64,000 nt of DNA from Longimicrobiales bacterium (GCA_965197725.1 CBDANQ010000059.1:1-64000), one strand, 5' to 3'. Positions 11,443-22,061 are shown, numbered from the stretch's first letter. The notes: generated from the sequence alone by a model not told the origin. A program made the numbers and translations.

Positions 11443-13710
11443 ATGCCGAATCGGCGCAAGGAGGCCCTCGATTATCACACACGAGGGCGTCCGGGAAAGA
11501 TAGAGGTCGTAGCCACGAAATCCGTGGCGACCCAACGCGACCTCGCGCTCGCCTACTCCCCCGGGGTCGCTGAGCCGTGTCGCGAGATCGAGGTGCGTCC
11601 TGACGACGTCTTTAAGTACACTGCCCGCGGCAATTTGGTCGCAGTCGTCTCCAACGGCACCGCCGTCCTCGGCCTGGGCAACATCGGCCCGCTTGCCGCC
11701 AAGCCGGTCATGGAGGGGAAAGGGGTCCTCTTCAAGCGGTTCGCCGGCATTGACGTCTTCGACATCGAAATTGATTCGGAGGACCCCCAGGAAATCATCC
11801 GCTTCTGCGAGCTGTTGGAGCCCACAGTTGGTGGCGTCAACCTCGAAGACATCAAGGCTCCGGAGTGCTTCGTCATCGAGCGCACGCTCAAAGAGACGAT
11901 GGGCATCCCGGTCTTCCACGACGACCAGCATGGCACAGCGATCATTGCCGGTGCGGCACTCATCAACGCGCTCGAGGTCATCGGCAAGAAAATCGATGGC
12001 GTGCGGGTCGTGTTTAGCGGTGCCGGGGCCTCCGCGCTCTCCACGGCCAGTCACATAAGGCGCCTCGGCGTATCCCGGGGAAACATCCTGATCGCGGATT
12101 CCGAGGGCGTGATTTACGAGGGTCGCGAAGCGGGGATGAACGAGTACAAGGAACCCTTCGCGATCCGCACGGAGACGCGCACGCTCGATGAAGCGCTGGT
12201 GGGGGCGGACGTCTTCATCGGGCTCTCGGTGAAAGGGATCGTGACACCTGAGATGGTCTCGTCCATGGCTAAGGATCCTATCATCTTCGCGCTCGCGAAT
12301 CCGGATCCTGAGATCCTTCCCACAGAGGTGGCCGCGGTGCGCGACGACGCGATCATGGCGACCGGGCGCTCGGACTATCCGAATCAGGTCAACAATGTGC
12401 TCGGCTTCCCGTTCATCTTCCGGGGTGCGCTGGACGTCCGCGCGAGGGGCATCAACGAGGAGATGATGCTTGCCGCCACCAAGGCGCTGGCCGCGTTGGC
12501 ACGCGAGGAAGTTCCGGACACGGTGCGCGGCGCGTACGACAGCTCGGAGCTCAGCTTCGGGCGCGACTACCTGATCCCCGCGCCTTTCGATCACCGGGTG
12601 CTCTTCCACGTCGCGCCCGCGGTTGCCGAAGCCGCCATGAAGAGCGGGGTTTCGCGCATCGAGGTCGATCTCGACGAGTACCGAGATCGGCTCCGGGCCT
12701 CACTGGGCCCGGGCCACGAGGTCATGCGCTGGATGACGAACCGCGCCCGCCGGAAGCCGGCCCGGGTCGTGTTCCCCGAGGGTCACAACGACACGATTAT
12801 CCGGGCTGCTGCGGCGATGGTCGAGGAGGGCGTTTGCCGGCCGGTGCTGCTCGGAAGACCGCCACGTCTTGCTGAGAAGGCCGAAATGCTGGGCGTCAGC
12901 CTGGATGGCGTGGAGATCGTCTACGCCGCCGAACTCGAAGAGAGGAGGCTCGAGTTCGCCGAGACGCTCTTCAAGCGCCGCGCCCGCAAAGGCCTGACGC
13001 TCGCCGAAGCGGAGTGGAATCTCTTCAAGCCCATTTTTTTTGCGGCCAGCATGGTCGAGGCTGGCGAAGTCGATGCGATGGTGGCCGGCATGGAGGCCAA
13101 CTATGGCGAGATTCTGCGGCCCGCCCTTCAGGTCGTCGGCCCCGCCGAGGACGCGAGGAGGGCGGCGGGGCTCTACATGCTCGCGTTCCCGAACCGAGAG
13201 CTGCTCTTCTTCGCAGACACCACCGTGAACATCGACCCGGACGCGGAGACGTTGAGGGATATCGCCCTTCTGACAGCTTCCTTCGTGCGTGATCTAGGCA
13301 TCCGGCCGCGGGTCGCCATGGTGAGTTTCTCCAACTTCGGATCCGCCCCGCACGACGAGTCGAAGCGCATGTCGGACGCCGTCGATCTGGTTCGGGCGGC
13401 CGACGCCGACCTCGAGATCGATGGGGAGATGCAGGCGGACACAGCGCTCGACGCGATCAAGCTCCGGGACACCTATCCGTTCACGCACCTCGAGGGCCCG
13501 GCCAACGTACTCATCTTCTCTCGACTCTCGGCGGCCAACTCAGCTTATAAGCTGCTCGACCGTTTGGGGGGGGCTGACGTCATCGGTCCAGTACTGCTCG
13601 GAATGGCCAAGCCCGTGCACATCCTCCAGCGCGGCTGTTCGGTCCAGTCCGTGGTCAATCTGGCTACGGTGGCATCGGTGGACTGGCAGGCCATAAAGAA
13701 TCAGATTTAG
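11443..13710 (+). CDS. maeB: NADP-dependent malic enzyme with C-terminal phosphotransacetylase-like domain
   Basis: [43 protein letters not shown] domain DGEMQAD. Confidence 0.97.
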   Translation: MPNRRKEALDYHTRGRPGKIEVVATKSVATQRDLALAYSPGVAEPCREIEVRPDDVFKYTARGNLVAVVSNGTAVLGLGNIGPLAAKPVMEGKGVLFKRFAGIDVFDIEIDSEDPQEIIRFCELLEPTVGGVNLEDIKAPECFVIERTLKETMGIPVFHDDQHGTAIIAGAALINALEVIGKKIDGVRVVFSGAGASALSTASHIRRLGVSRGNILIADSEGVIYEGREAGMNEYKEPFAIRTETRTLDEALVGADVFIGLSVKGIVTPEMVSSMAKDPIIFALANPDPEILPTEVAAVRDDAIMATGRSDYPNQVNNVLGFPFIFRGALDVRARGINEEMMLAATKALAALAREEVPDTVRGAYDSSELSFGRDYLIPAPFDHRVLFHVAPAVAEAAMKSGVSRIEVDLDEYRDRLRASLGPGHEVMRWMTNRARRKPARVVFPEGHNDTIIRAAAAMVEEGVCRPVLLGRPPRLAEKAEMLGVSLDGVEIVYAAELEERRLEFAETLFKRRARKGLTLAEAEWNLFKPIFFAASMVEAGEVDAMVAGMEANYGEILRPALQVVGPAEDARRAAGLYMLAFPNRELLFFADTTVNIDPDAETLRDIALLTASFVRDLGIRPRVAMVSFSNFGSAPHDESKRMSDAVDLVRAADADLEIDGEMQADTALDAIKLRDTYPFTHLEGPANVLIFSRLSAANSAYKLLDRLGGADVIGPVLLGMAKPVHILQRGCSVQSVVNLATVASVDWQAIKNQI

Positions 13711-13771
13711 CTCGCCTGTCCGGACGAGCATCGTCCGGGCTGTTTGTTTTGGAGCAGCATTCCGCGAGAGA

Positions 13772-15343
13772 GTGAACGGTTTGCAACAGCACGGCCTGGA
13801 CCCGAAGAAGGCGGTCCATTGGAATCTGTCCCCGACGCGTCTCTACGAGGAGTCTTTCGCCCGCGCGGATGGACGCCTTGTGCACATGGGTGCCATCGCG
13901 ACGGTTACGGCGCCGCACACGGGCCGCTCCCCGAATGATCGCTTCGTGGTACGCGACGAGGTGACCGAGAACGTCGTCGACTGGGGCGACGTCAATGTGC
14001 CGATGACGCCCGAGCACTTCGATGCGCTGCGTGCCGACATTGTCGAGCACCTGAACGACTCGGACGTCTTCGTGCGCGACGCGCGAGCTGGCTCGGACGA
14101 GACGCACCGCCTGAATATTCGGGTGATCAGCGAGAGCCCGTGGCACTCGCTCTTCGCGTACAACATGTTCCTCCGCCTGTCTCCGGAGGAGCGCGAAGGC
14201 TTCGAGCCGCAGTTCACCGTCCTGCATGCCCCGCACTTCAAGGCTGACCCGGTGCGGCACGGTTCGAACTCCGACACCGCGATCGTGGTGAACTTCCGAG
14301 CCCATGAGGTTCTCGTAGCCGGCTCGCGCTACGCCGGCGAGATCAAGAAGTCGATCTTCTCTGTGCTCAACCACCTGCTGCCGGAGGCTGGGGTCCTCCC
14401 GATGCACTGCTCGGCCAACGTCGGCTCGGGTGGTGACGTCGCTCTCTTCTTCGGTCTGTCAGGCACCGGAAAGACAACGCTGTCCGCCGACGCTTCTCGC
14501 GGCTTGATCGGTGACGACGAGCACGGCTGGAGCGACGACGGTGTCTTCAACTTCGAGGGCGGGTGCTACGCGAAGACGATCCGTCTGTCCCCCGAAGGCG
14601 AGCCGGAGATCTACCGCGCGACTCAGATGTTTGGGACGATTCTCGAGAACGTCGTGCTCGACGAAGACACGTGTGAGATCGACTTCGACGACGGCTCGAT
14701 CACCGAAAACACGCGGGCGTCCTACCCGATCGACTACATCCCGAACGCTGTACTGCCCAGCCGTGGCGGACACCCGAGCAACGTCGTCTTCCTGACCGCC
14801 GATGCGTTCGGAATCCTACCTCCTATCTCGCGGCTGACGCCCGAGCAGGCGATGTACCACTTCCTTTCCGGATACACGGCGAAAGTCGCGGGCACCGAGC
14901 GCGGCGTGACCGAGCCACAAGCGACCTTCAGCGCGTGCTTTGGGGCTCCTTTCCTGCCTCGGCACCCGGGTGTGTACGCCGAGATGCTGGGTGAGAAACT
15001 GCGGGAGCACAGCGCCAAAGTGTGGCTCGTGAACACCGGCTGGTCGGGTGGTGGTCACGGCGTGGGGAGCCGCATGAAGCTTTCGCATACCCGGACGATG
15101 GTGAACGCCGCGCTCGCGGGTGATCTCGAGGGTGCAGAGTTCGCACCGGATCCGGTCTTCGGTGTCGACGTGCCGATCTCCGTTCCGGGTGTGCTGGCCG
15201 AGGTGCTACGTCCGCGCGACACCTGGACCGACGGTGAGGCGTACGACGCTTCCGCTGCTGAGTTGGCGGCGATGTTCAAGGCCAACTTCGAGCAGTTCGC
15301 GCATGAGGTACGCGATGAGGTGAGAGCCGCAGGACCGCGGTAG
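13772..15343 (+). CDS. pckA: Phosphoenolpyruvate carboxykinase (ATP)
   Basis: TGRSP, MHCSAN, FGLSGTGKTTLS, LIGDDEHGW, NFEGGCYAK, ENTRASYP. Confidence 0.97.
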   Translation: MNGLQQHGLDPKKAVHWNLSPTRLYEESFARADGRLVHMGAIATVTAPHTGRSPNDRFVVRDEVTENVVDWGDVNVPMTPEHFDALRADIVEHLNDSDVFVRDARAGSDETHRLNIRVISESPWHSLFAYNMFLRLSPEEREGFEPQFTVLHAPHFKADPVRHGSNSDTAIVVNFRAHEVLVAGSRYAGEIKKSIFSVLNHLLPEAGVLPMHCSANVGSGGDVALFFGLSGTGKTTLSADASRGLIGDDEHGWSDDGVFNFEGGCYAKTIRLSPEGEPEIYRATQMFGTILENVVLDEDTCEIDFDDGSITENTRASYPIDYIPNAVLPSRGGHPSNVVFLTADAFGILPPISRLTPEQAMYHFLSGYTAKVAGTERGVTEPQATFSACFGAPFLPRHPGVYAEMLGEKLREHSAKVWLVNTGWSGGGHGVGSRMKLSHTRTMVNAALAGDLEGAEFAPDPVFGVDVPISVPGVLAEVLRPRDTWTDGEAYDASAAELAAMFKANFEQFAHEVRDEVRAAGPR

Positions 15344-15371
15344 TCAGCCGACTCTGTTGAGCTCGATGGCG

Positions 15372-15605
15372 TTATCCAATGATCTCGGCTCCAACTTCTG
15401 AGTAGAAGGCGCGCGAAAGCTCCTCCGCATTGATCCCCCACCGAGCCCCGTCCTGGAGGAGCTTCCGCACCAACTGTTGGGCCGTCGCGGCCGCTTGGGA
15501 CACTGTCGCAGGGTTCACGCGCAGGCCTCTCGCGAGCACGCGAACGGAGGGCAGTGAGTCGCCGGGACCTAGGTCACCCGCGGCGACCACGATGCGAACG
15601 CGCGC
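15372..15605 (-). pseudogene. GntR (YtrA-like) regulator remnant, 5'-truncated and internally deleted
   Basis: GDLGPGDSLPSVRVLARGLRVNPATVSQA is a GntR HTH. The usual YxxLExxG...GxGTFV wing is missing and the sequence joins directly to a C-terminal helix. Confidence 0.75.
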
Positions 15606-15612
15606 GGGCGGC

Positions 15613-15897
15613 GGATCTGCAGAAGGTGATCAAGCGGCGAGTGCCGCAGATGGTGTTGCTTGCCGCGGTCGCTGGCTCAGGCCTGTTGGGATTCGTAGGG
15701 CTGCTACGAGAGAACGAAAAGTTTGGACAGTATGGTCAGACCGTGTTCGACCTCACCCTGTGGTTCGTGGGCGCCGGGATCGCGGCAGCGACGGTCGTCG
15801 CCTGGTTCCATGGTGAGAGGGGCAGGCAGCAGACCAACGTTCTGGAGTGGATTCTGCTCAGCTTGATCGCGGTGGTTTGGCTCACGGGGGAGCCTAT
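15613..15897 (+). pseudogene. N-terminal multi-TM module of a larger membrane-anchored protein, cut by IS21
   Basis: KRRVPQ + three hydrophobic segments + AWFHGE.G.Q. No proper start codon, and it ends at the IS left end. Confidence 0.5.
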
Positions 15898-16056
15898 TGT
15901 TAGCGGCCTTCCAATATTGCACACATGTGGCCATCGAAAATTGCACACTTGGCGCTTTGACCTAGCGGGCGGGAGAGTGGGGATGTAGGCACCACCCCGA
16001 GCGATCTTCCGGCCGATCCACTCACTTGGCGCCTCCACCGAGAACGTGGAGGTGCA

Positions 16057-17085
16057 ATGATCGGAAGGGAGAAGCGCGTGCTGCTCCGTCATTACCTCGA
16101 GCAGGGGATGAACAAGGCGGTGATCGCCCGGGATCTGGGGGTCAGTCGCCGTACCGTGTACCACTGGATAGAGACCGGTCAACTGGACCGGGAGTTGGAC
16201 GAAGAGCGTGTCGGGTACGGTCCGAGATGTCTGATGCCGTCGAAGCTGGATCCGTACAAGCCGTTGATCGACACGCGTCTCAAGGAGTACCCGAAGCTCA
16301 CGGCTGTACGGCTCTTCAAGGAGGTCCGGGCCGCTGGCTACCCGGGCAGTTACAACCAAGTGAAGCGCTATGTACGCAAGGTCCGGCCTCGACCCCCAGA
16401 GGAGCCGGTCGTGCGCTTCGAGACGGCGCCTGGGCGTCAGGGCCAGGTGGACTTCGCCCACTTCCGGCTACCGTGGGGCAAGCGTTACGCACTAATCGTC
16501 GTGCTGGGCTACTCGAGGCTGCTGTGGGTTCAGTTCTACACCCGGCAGACCATGAAGGCCCTGATGCATGGCCTGGAGTCTTCGTTTTCCTACTTCGGCG
16601 GCGTGCCCTCAGAGCTTCTGTTCGACCAAATGAAGGCGGTCGTCATCGAGGACGGTCGATACGACGATGGTGCCCTCGTCGAGAACCCGGAGTTCATGCG
16701 CTACGCCTACCACTGGAACTTCAGGATCCGCGCGTGCCGACCCTATCGGGCTCAGACCAAGGGCAAGGTGGAGCGGCCGATCCGCTACCTCAGGGAGAGC
16801 TTCTTCTACGGGCGCACCTTCACGTCGGACGACGATCTCAACGCGCAGGCCCTTCATTGGCTTGAGACGGAAGCCAAGGTGCGCAGCCACGGAACGCTGA
16901 AGGAGCGGCCCCTCGATCGCTTCGAGCGTGAACGACTGCTCCTCGAGCCCTTGGCGACTCGCCCGTATCACCCCCTCGTCCTGCCTCCGGATCGCTCCTC
17001 ACCCGGCACGACGTCCTTGCCGGCCATCCACGTCGAGCGACGTCCCCTCACGGCCTATGCCCAGATCGCGGGAGGGGACCGATGA
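16057..17085 (+). CDS. istA: IS21 transposase IstA
   Basis: N-terminal HTH, RFETAPG.QGQVDF, LGYSR, FDQMKAVV, PYRAQTKGKVER. Confidence 0.95.
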   Translation: MIGREKRVLLRHYLEQGMNKAVIARDLGVSRRTVYHWIETGQLDRELDEERVGYGPRCLMPSKLDPYKPLIDTRLKEYPKLTAVRLFKEVRAAGYPGSYNQVKRYVRKVRPRPPEEPVVRFETAPGRQGQVDFAHFRLPWGKRYALIVVLGYSRLLWVQFYTRQTMKALMHGLESSFSYFGGVPSELLFDQMKAVVIEDGRYDDGALVENPEFMRYAYHWNFRIRACRPYRAQTKGKVERPIRYLRESFFYGRTFTSDDDLNAQALHWLETEAKVRSHGTLKERPLDRFERERLLLEPLATRPYHPLVLPPDRSSPGTTSLPAIHVERRPLTAYAQIAGGDR

Positions 17086-17924
17086 AGGCTGCCGCTCGCT
17101 CTCGCCGTGACCGGATCCGAGCCCAGCTCGCCGATCTCAAGATGCCCGGTGCGCTGGAGGCCATCGACGACGTCCTCACCGGGGTCGATGGCGGAGGCGT
17201 GACGGCCTCGGAGGCCATCGAGCAACTCCTCGGTGCCCAGATCACGCTGCGCAACAACCGCCGCCTTCAGGCTGCGATGCGCTCGAGCCGGCTACCGGGC
17301 CTCAAGACCCTCGACGACTTCGACTTCAGCTTCCAGCCCTCGATCAAGCGCGAGCAGATCGACTCGCTCCACGAGCTCGGCTTCTTGGAGCGTAAGGAGA
17401 ACGTGATCTTCCTCGGCCCTCCGGGCGTCGGCAAGACGCATCTCGCGATCAGCCTCGCCATTGCCGCGGCTCAGAGCGGGCGCAGAGTCTACTACGGCGC
17501 TCTGGCCGACCTCATCACCTCGCTCGAAGAAGCCAAGACCACCGGCCAGCTGGGACGCCGCCTCAAGATCCTCACCTATCCTTCGCTCCTGGTCATCGAC
17601 GAGATCGGCTACCTGCCGGTCAGCCAGACCGGCGCAATGCTCTTCTTCCAACTCATCAACCGGCGCTATGAGCGCGCATCCACTGTGCTGACCTCCAATA
17701 AAGGCTTCGAGGAGTGGGGCCAGATCTTGGGCGACGAGGTCATGGCCGCTGCGCTCATCGATCGCCTGCTGCATCACTGCCATATCGTCAACATCCGCGG
17801 CAGCAGCTACCGGATGCGCAAGCACACCGACCTCTCCAAGATCCTCCACTCGCCTCCTGCGGAGTCGAGCCCTTCACCCCCGAAGAGAAAGAGAGCAAGA
17901 GCAAAGGAGAAAACGACGAACTAG
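17082..17924 (+). CDS. istB: IS21 helper ATPase IstB
   Basis: Walker A GPPGVGKT, Walker B LVIDEIGY, LTSN, DRLLHH; ATGA overlap with istA. Confidence 0.96.
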   Translation: MKAAARSRRDRIRAQLADLKMPGALEAIDDVLTGVDGGGVTASEAIEQLLGAQITLRNNRRLQAAMRSSRLPGLKTLDDFDFSFQPSIKREQIDSLHELGFLERKENVIFLGPPGVGKTHLAISLAIAAAQSGRRVYYGALADLITSLEEAKTTGQLGRRLKILTYPSLLVIDEIGYLPVSQTGAMLFFQLINRRYERASTVLTSNKGFEEWGQILGDEVMAAALIDRLLHHCHIVNIRGSSYRMRKHTDLSKILHSPPAESSPSPPKRKRARAKEKTTN

Positions 17925-18028
17925 AGGCTCGTCACCTCCGCCAAGTGTGCAATTTTCGATGGCCAGACCTGTGCAGCTTTCGATGGCCGTTGACAGCGAA
18001 AGGAGGCGATGCTGGCTGCGATGGATGA

Positions 18029-18550
18029 CGTGCCTCGGGCCGTTACCCGCGACGTCCCAAGCTCGAGGACCGCTACCGCCGCGGTGAGATCTCCGACTAC
18101 CCGTTGTTGCCAGGACGCGGGACACAGCCGCTCGGACGTACTGGCTTTCGGAAGCTGTTCGACGCCTACGAGATCGCGTGCGGTGTCAGGCACCAAAAGC
18201 GGAGGGGCTGGCACGGTCTTCGTCGGTCGATGTCGGACACGCTCAACGAAGAGACGCAGGACGAGAACGTTCGAGACGCTGCGGGCGGATGGCGCCAGGG
18301 CTCGGGCACTCGACAAAGCGTTTACAACGACGGCCAGGACCCCCACCTCATCGCTCGAACCAGGCACGCTGTGCTCGCTGCACGTCATGCCGTATTGGGC
18401 ACCGATCCAGAGATCGAGTCCCTACGCCAACAGGTGGTGCAACTGGCATGGAGCAGCGATCACCAGTCACTGACGGAAGCGTTGGAAGCCCTACGACGTC
18501 CGAAACTGACCCCTCAACTGACCCCCGAAGGAGTAGAGGAAAGTGCCTAA
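18029..18550 (+). pseudogene. C-terminal remnant of a tyrosine recombinase/integrase
   Basis: YPLLP...GWHGLRR...GGW...TRQSVY matches box II H-x-L-R, H/W and catalytic Tyr. 5' part removed at the IS21; ends next to the tRNA 3' end. Confidence 0.75.
18504..18525 (+). repeat. 10-bp direct repeat with 12-bp period (possible integrase arm-type sites)
   Basis: AACTGACCCC at 18504-18513 and 18516-18525. Confidence 0.55.
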
Positions 18551-18585
18551 CAGAAGCCCCGCCCGACCCGAAGGCCAAGCGGGGC
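18549..18585 (-). terminator. Terminator hairpin downstream of tRNA-Arg
   Basis: Minus strand GCCCCGCTTGGCC-TTCG-GGTCGGGCGGGGC followed by TTCTGTT. Confidence 0.7.
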
Positions 18586-18599
18586 AAAGGTTGGCTGAG

Positions 18600-18673
18600 C
18601 GCGCCCGACAGGATTCGAACCTGTGACCTCATGCTCCGGAGGCATGCGCTCTATCCAACTGAGCTACGGGCGC
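18600..18673 (-). tRNA. tRNA-Arg (anticodon CCG); CCA not encoded
   Basis: GCGCCCG TAGCTCAGTTGGATAGAGC G CATGC CT CCG GA GCATG AGGTC ACAGG TTCGAAT CCTGT CGGGCGC G folds as a canonical cloverleaf. Confidence 0.97.
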
Positions 18674-18739
18674 AAATCTGTCCTTGCGCCAACAATGGCA
18701 CGGGGTTTTCGCCTGCTCCAATCCATCGCCGCCAAGGGG

Positions 18740-18759
18740 GTGTGCGACAAAGTGTGCGA
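18740..18759 (-). repeat. 8-bp direct repeat with 12-bp period (possible integrase arm-type sites)
   Basis: GTGTGCGA at 18740-18747 and 18752-18759, just past the stop of the second integrase tail. Confidence 0.45.
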
Positions 18760-18773
18760 GTTGAGCCCGAATC

Positions 18774-19052
18774 TCACCGCACTTCTCTCAACTGCACAGG
18801 CTCCAAGACGACGCGTAAGATAGTCTCGGGGTAGGCCTGCTGGTAGGCGGTCTTGAGGGTCTCTACAGTCTTCCAGCCGCCTGCCTCGGCAGCGTCCACG
18901 TCGGGTAGGTGCTTCCGCTCGGTGGCCCATTTGCGGCTGAGGAGGAATCCGGGCACCTTCTTCTGCGACCGGTTCGTGGTCGTCGCTCGGCGGCTGCGCA
19001 TACACTGTGGCGCCCAGATGTCTTCGGCTTTGTAGCTCTGTGTTGCGCTCAT
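18774..19052 (-). pseudogene. Second tyrosine-integrase C-terminal tail fused to an unrelated short N-terminus
   Basis: RKWATERKHLPDVDAAEAGGWKTVETLKTAYQQ resembles the RR-x-AT...GW...T...Y catalytic end of phage integrases. The HxLR motif is lost. An AGGAGG RBS sits at 19058-19063. Confidence 0.65.
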
Positions 19053-19100
19053 CATAGCCTCCTGAGGGCAGTCCCGGTCTGGCTCACCCACGCGGCTGAT

Positions 19101-21881
19101 TTACGGATTCAGCCAGAAGTTCACCTTGATCATCAGAATATTGTCGGCCGCGACGCGGAAGATGTCCCCGGCATCTCGGCCCAGGTCAAAGGTTCCGACC
19201 CAGGGGTTGGTCCCGGCGGACCCATGCCCAATCACCGAATTGATCCGGCTCTGCTGCCCAACGAGGAAGAGCGTGGAGCCCGGCCTCCATTCCCACCGGA
19301 GCACCGCGTTGCCTATCAGACTCCGGTAGCTGAAGTCGCGGTCTGCGATTTCGAAGCTTCCTGCGGGTCCGCCCCCATCGGGATCTATACTGGAGTTCCC
19401 GGCCGCGTCTCGCGTCACTGTGCCCGTATCGGTGCCGTACTCGAGGAAGTCGAAGGTCCCAGGGGCCCGGAATTCCTTCGACAACCCGTAATCGCCCGCC
19501 GATACAAACGGCTCCACATACAACTGCAGAGACAGCGTCGGCGAGAACGTGGCGTTCACGCGCGTCTCCAGCGAGACCGTGGTCCGGTCCAGGTCGGCGA
19601 ACACGTACCGGCTCCCAAAAGTGGCGCCCGCGAAGGGATCGTCGATTCGCGTCACGTATTGGGCGGTCGAGTAGGACCGAGAGTACGACGGGCCGAAACT
19701 GATCTGGAGCGTCTCCCTGAGCCGCGCATTCAGGTTGAGCTGCATCCGGCGGTCCCACCCTCCCACGTCATCGGAGCCCCAAGCGTAGGTGCCCCTCACC
19801 ACCGCCGCCCGCCGCCCGTCGGAGGTCAGGCTCACCCTCCCGGTGAAGGTACCCGGAGAGCGGGCCATGGGCCCTCCCCGCGTCAGCCGGTCATCGTCCG
19901 TCCAGGGGTGGACCTGGACCCTTAAAAACGTGCGCCAATAGTTCAGGAACGTGAGATTGAGATTGACGTTGACGTTCGCGAAGACCCGGTCGCCCGCGGA
20001 GTTCCACACTGCGTCCGGGCCACCGCCCACATTCCACGACCGAAGGATCCGGCCCGGGTCAACCTGTTGGTATTGATAATGGGTATCGAAGAGCACACGG
20101 TCCGCGTGGGAGTGGAAGCCGAGGTCGTTGGCTTCGAAGCCGGGGCTCACGAACGCCACCCCGTTTCTCATGGTGAACGCGCCTGCCTGCTTGCCGATAA
20201 AGCCCATCACGTACAACCCTGACAGCGACGTCGCTGACGGATTCACCTCCAGGTGGTCGGCGTCCGGCCTCTGGTAGTAGCGCGCGGACGACGACTGCGT
20301 GTGGGCTATCGCGTCCGCCGATCCCCCCACGCGGCTCCCGGCCACCAGCCCACTGAACATCCACGTGCGGTCCGTCGTTTCGTGCGCGAAGTCGATCCCG
20401 CCTGAGTACGCGGACGAGTGCAGACTGCTCTCCAACGTCGTCCCTGGCACATCGCGGTTGACCGCAGTCCCGATAACGCCGAACCGGGTCGCGCCTCCCC
20501 GGATCTGACGTCGCAGCCGTCCGACGAAGTGATTGGCGGCGGGCTCGACCGCGAGCTCGCCGGTCTCTCGGTCCACATCGACGTACTTCGCGGCCTCGCT
20601 GGCCGTCACGACCTCCAGGAGGCCCAAGGACCAGCCGTCACCGACCCGACCCGTGACCTTGGCGGCTCCCAAGATCGTCGTAGCGTTTGGCATTTCCGAA
20701 AAGACCGCTTCCGAGGGAACGGAGCCCCTGGGTGATCTTCCGATCCGCCGCGAGTAGAGTATTTGCGGCGGTCGCCCGACGCTGCCGGTGGGACCCCCTT
20801 CGCCGAAGGTGAAGATGTCCGCCCCCTCGACGAAGAACGGGCGCCGCTCGCTGAATCGTGTTTCGAAGGCGGTGAGGTTGATGACTGACGGATCGACCTC
20901 CACCTGACCGAAGTCCGGATTGACCGCAGCGTCGAGAGTGACGTTCGAGGCAATCCGGTATTTGAGATCCACACCAGCTCCCCCGAAGTGATCCGCTCCG
21001 CTCCGGTAGGGATTGACGAAGGCCACGCCGGCGGGGGCATGGAGCTGCACATACTCCCCCCGAGCAACGGCATACGGCAGGAGCTCCAGCCGCCGCCCGG
21101 GCTCGATCCCCCCGATGCCACTGAGGTGCGCGAAGCGAGACACTCCGGCCCGTTCCAGCCGCGGCGTGAACGGGAACGTGGCGTTCTCCTGGTTGCGGTG
21201 GATGTTCCGCTCTACCTGGATTCCCCAGACCTGCTGCTCCTCCCGATCGAATCGGAGTTGGCTGAAGGGGATCCGCATCTCCACCACCCACTCCGAGTCC
21301 GTGACCGCGGTCGCGAGGTCCCACACAGGATCCCACGACGAGTCGGTGCCCCTCCTCCGATTGCCGGCGACGATCGCATCACCCTTGACGCCCGACGGAT
21401 TCGTCTCGAAGCGGTAAGCGGTCTCGTGATTGTGATAGCTGTCCAGCAGGAGCACGAACGAATCGGAGTCCTCAAGGCCAGAATCCCGGCGTGCGAGCCG
21501 AGACGTAACCGGGCTCCGATCATGGAGGCGAGCACCCACGTAGATGGCGTCGTCGTCGTAGGCGAGTCGTATCTCGGTCCGTTCCGTAGCGGGCTGGCCC
21601 TCGAGCGGGGCTGTCTGAAGCAAGTCCGAAATCGGTGCCGCCTGCTGCCAGATCGGATCGTCGAGACGGCCATCGATCGTGATCGCCCCGTGCAACCGGG
21701 TCGCGGTCGCCGTCGGCGCTAGCTCGTGACGGTAGCCGGCGACGGAGTCTAGCCCGGGCGTCACCCCTGATCGCTCATCGCCGACCTGCTGGGCAGAGAT
21801 CACCGGCGCGGTCAAGGCCAGGATGCCAGCCAAGAGAGCACTCACGGGGCCCGACCCAGACGTCGCGAGGGGGGTTGTCAT
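19101..21881 (-). CDS. Exported CBM9-like/DUF5916 outer-membrane protein
   Basis: Signal peptide, IDGRLDDPIW...TEIRLAYDDDAIYVG, WVVEMRIPFSQLRF, NPDFGQVE, ERRPFFVEG, C-terminal KVNFWL. Confidence 0.85.
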   Translation of the reverse strand: MTTPLATSGSGPVSALLAGILALTAPVISAQQVGDERSGVTPGLDSVAGYRHELAPTATATRLHGAITIDGRLDDPIWQQAAPISDLLQTAPLEGQPATERTEIRLAYDDDAIYVGARLHDRSPVTSRLARRDSGLEDSDSFVLLLDSYHNHETAYRFETNPSGVKGDAIVAGNRRRGTDSSWDPVWDLATAVTDSEWVVEMRIPFSQLRFDREEQQVWGIQVERNIHRNQENATFPFTPRLERAGVSRFAHLSGIGGIEPGRRLELLPYAVARGEYVQLHAPAGVAFVNPYRSGADHFGGAGVDLKYRIASNVTLDAAVNPDFGQVEVDPSVINLTAFETRFSERRPFFVEGADIFTFGEGGPTGSVGRPPQILYSRRIGRSPRGSVPSEAVFSEMPNATTILGAAKVTGRVGDGWSLGLLEVVTASEAAKYVDVDRETGELAVEPAANHFVGRLRRQIRGGATRFGVIGTAVNRDVPGTTLESSLHSSAYSGGIDFAHETTDRTWMFSGLVAGSRVGGSADAIAHTQSSSARYYQRPDADHLEVNPSATSLSGLYVMGFIGKQAGAFTMRNGVAFVSPGFEANDLGFHSHADRVLFDTHYQYQQVDPGRILRSWNVGGGPDAVWNSAGDRVFANVNVNLNLTFLNYWRTFLRVQVHPWTDDDRLTRGGPMARSPGTFTGRVSLTSDGRRAAVVRGTYAWGSDDVGGWDRRMQLNLNARLRETLQISFGPSYSRSYSTAQYVTRIDDPFAGATFGSRYVFADLDRTTVSLETRVNATFSPTLSLQLYVEPFVSAGDYGLSKEFRAPGTFDFLEYGTDTGTVTRDAAGNSSIDPDGGGPAGSFEIADRDFSYRSLIGNAVLRWEWRPGSTLFLVGQQSRINSVIGHGSAGTNPWVGTFDLGRDAGDIFRVAADNILMIKVNFWLNP

Positions 21882-22061
21882 GCGGCCCAAGCTAACACAC
21901 GCGCCCCCTCATGCGGTCAGGTCGCAATGGCCTGCATGACCAGCCCACAGATCCAGGCCGCATTTAGGTGCCGATCCCGTACCCGAACACCGCCGCCAGC
22001 GTTGCGCGGTATCCATCCTAAACCTACCCTACCTCCAAGTCCCTCACACAGGAGTGACCTC

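Larger units (their letters stand above)
15898..17995 (+). mobile_element. IS21-family insertion sequence (about 2.1 kb)
   Basis: TGT...ACA ends. 57-bp imperfect terminal inverted repeats with internal repeats (left TGTTAGCGGCCTTCCAATATTGCACACATGTGGCCATCGAAAATTGCACACTTGGCG; right reverse complement TGTCAACGGCCATCGAAAGCTGCACAGGTCTGGCCATCGAAAATTGCACACTTGGCG). Contains istA and istB. Confidence 0.95.

Noticed and set aside
15344..15900. att duplication of the tRNA-Arg 3' end marking the far island boundary
   Set aside because: No copy of the tRNA end was found by eye
18029..19052. SSV1-style integrase split into N- and C-halves by integration
   Set aside because: Both remnants are C-terminal catalytic ends on opposite strands, so they are two different genes
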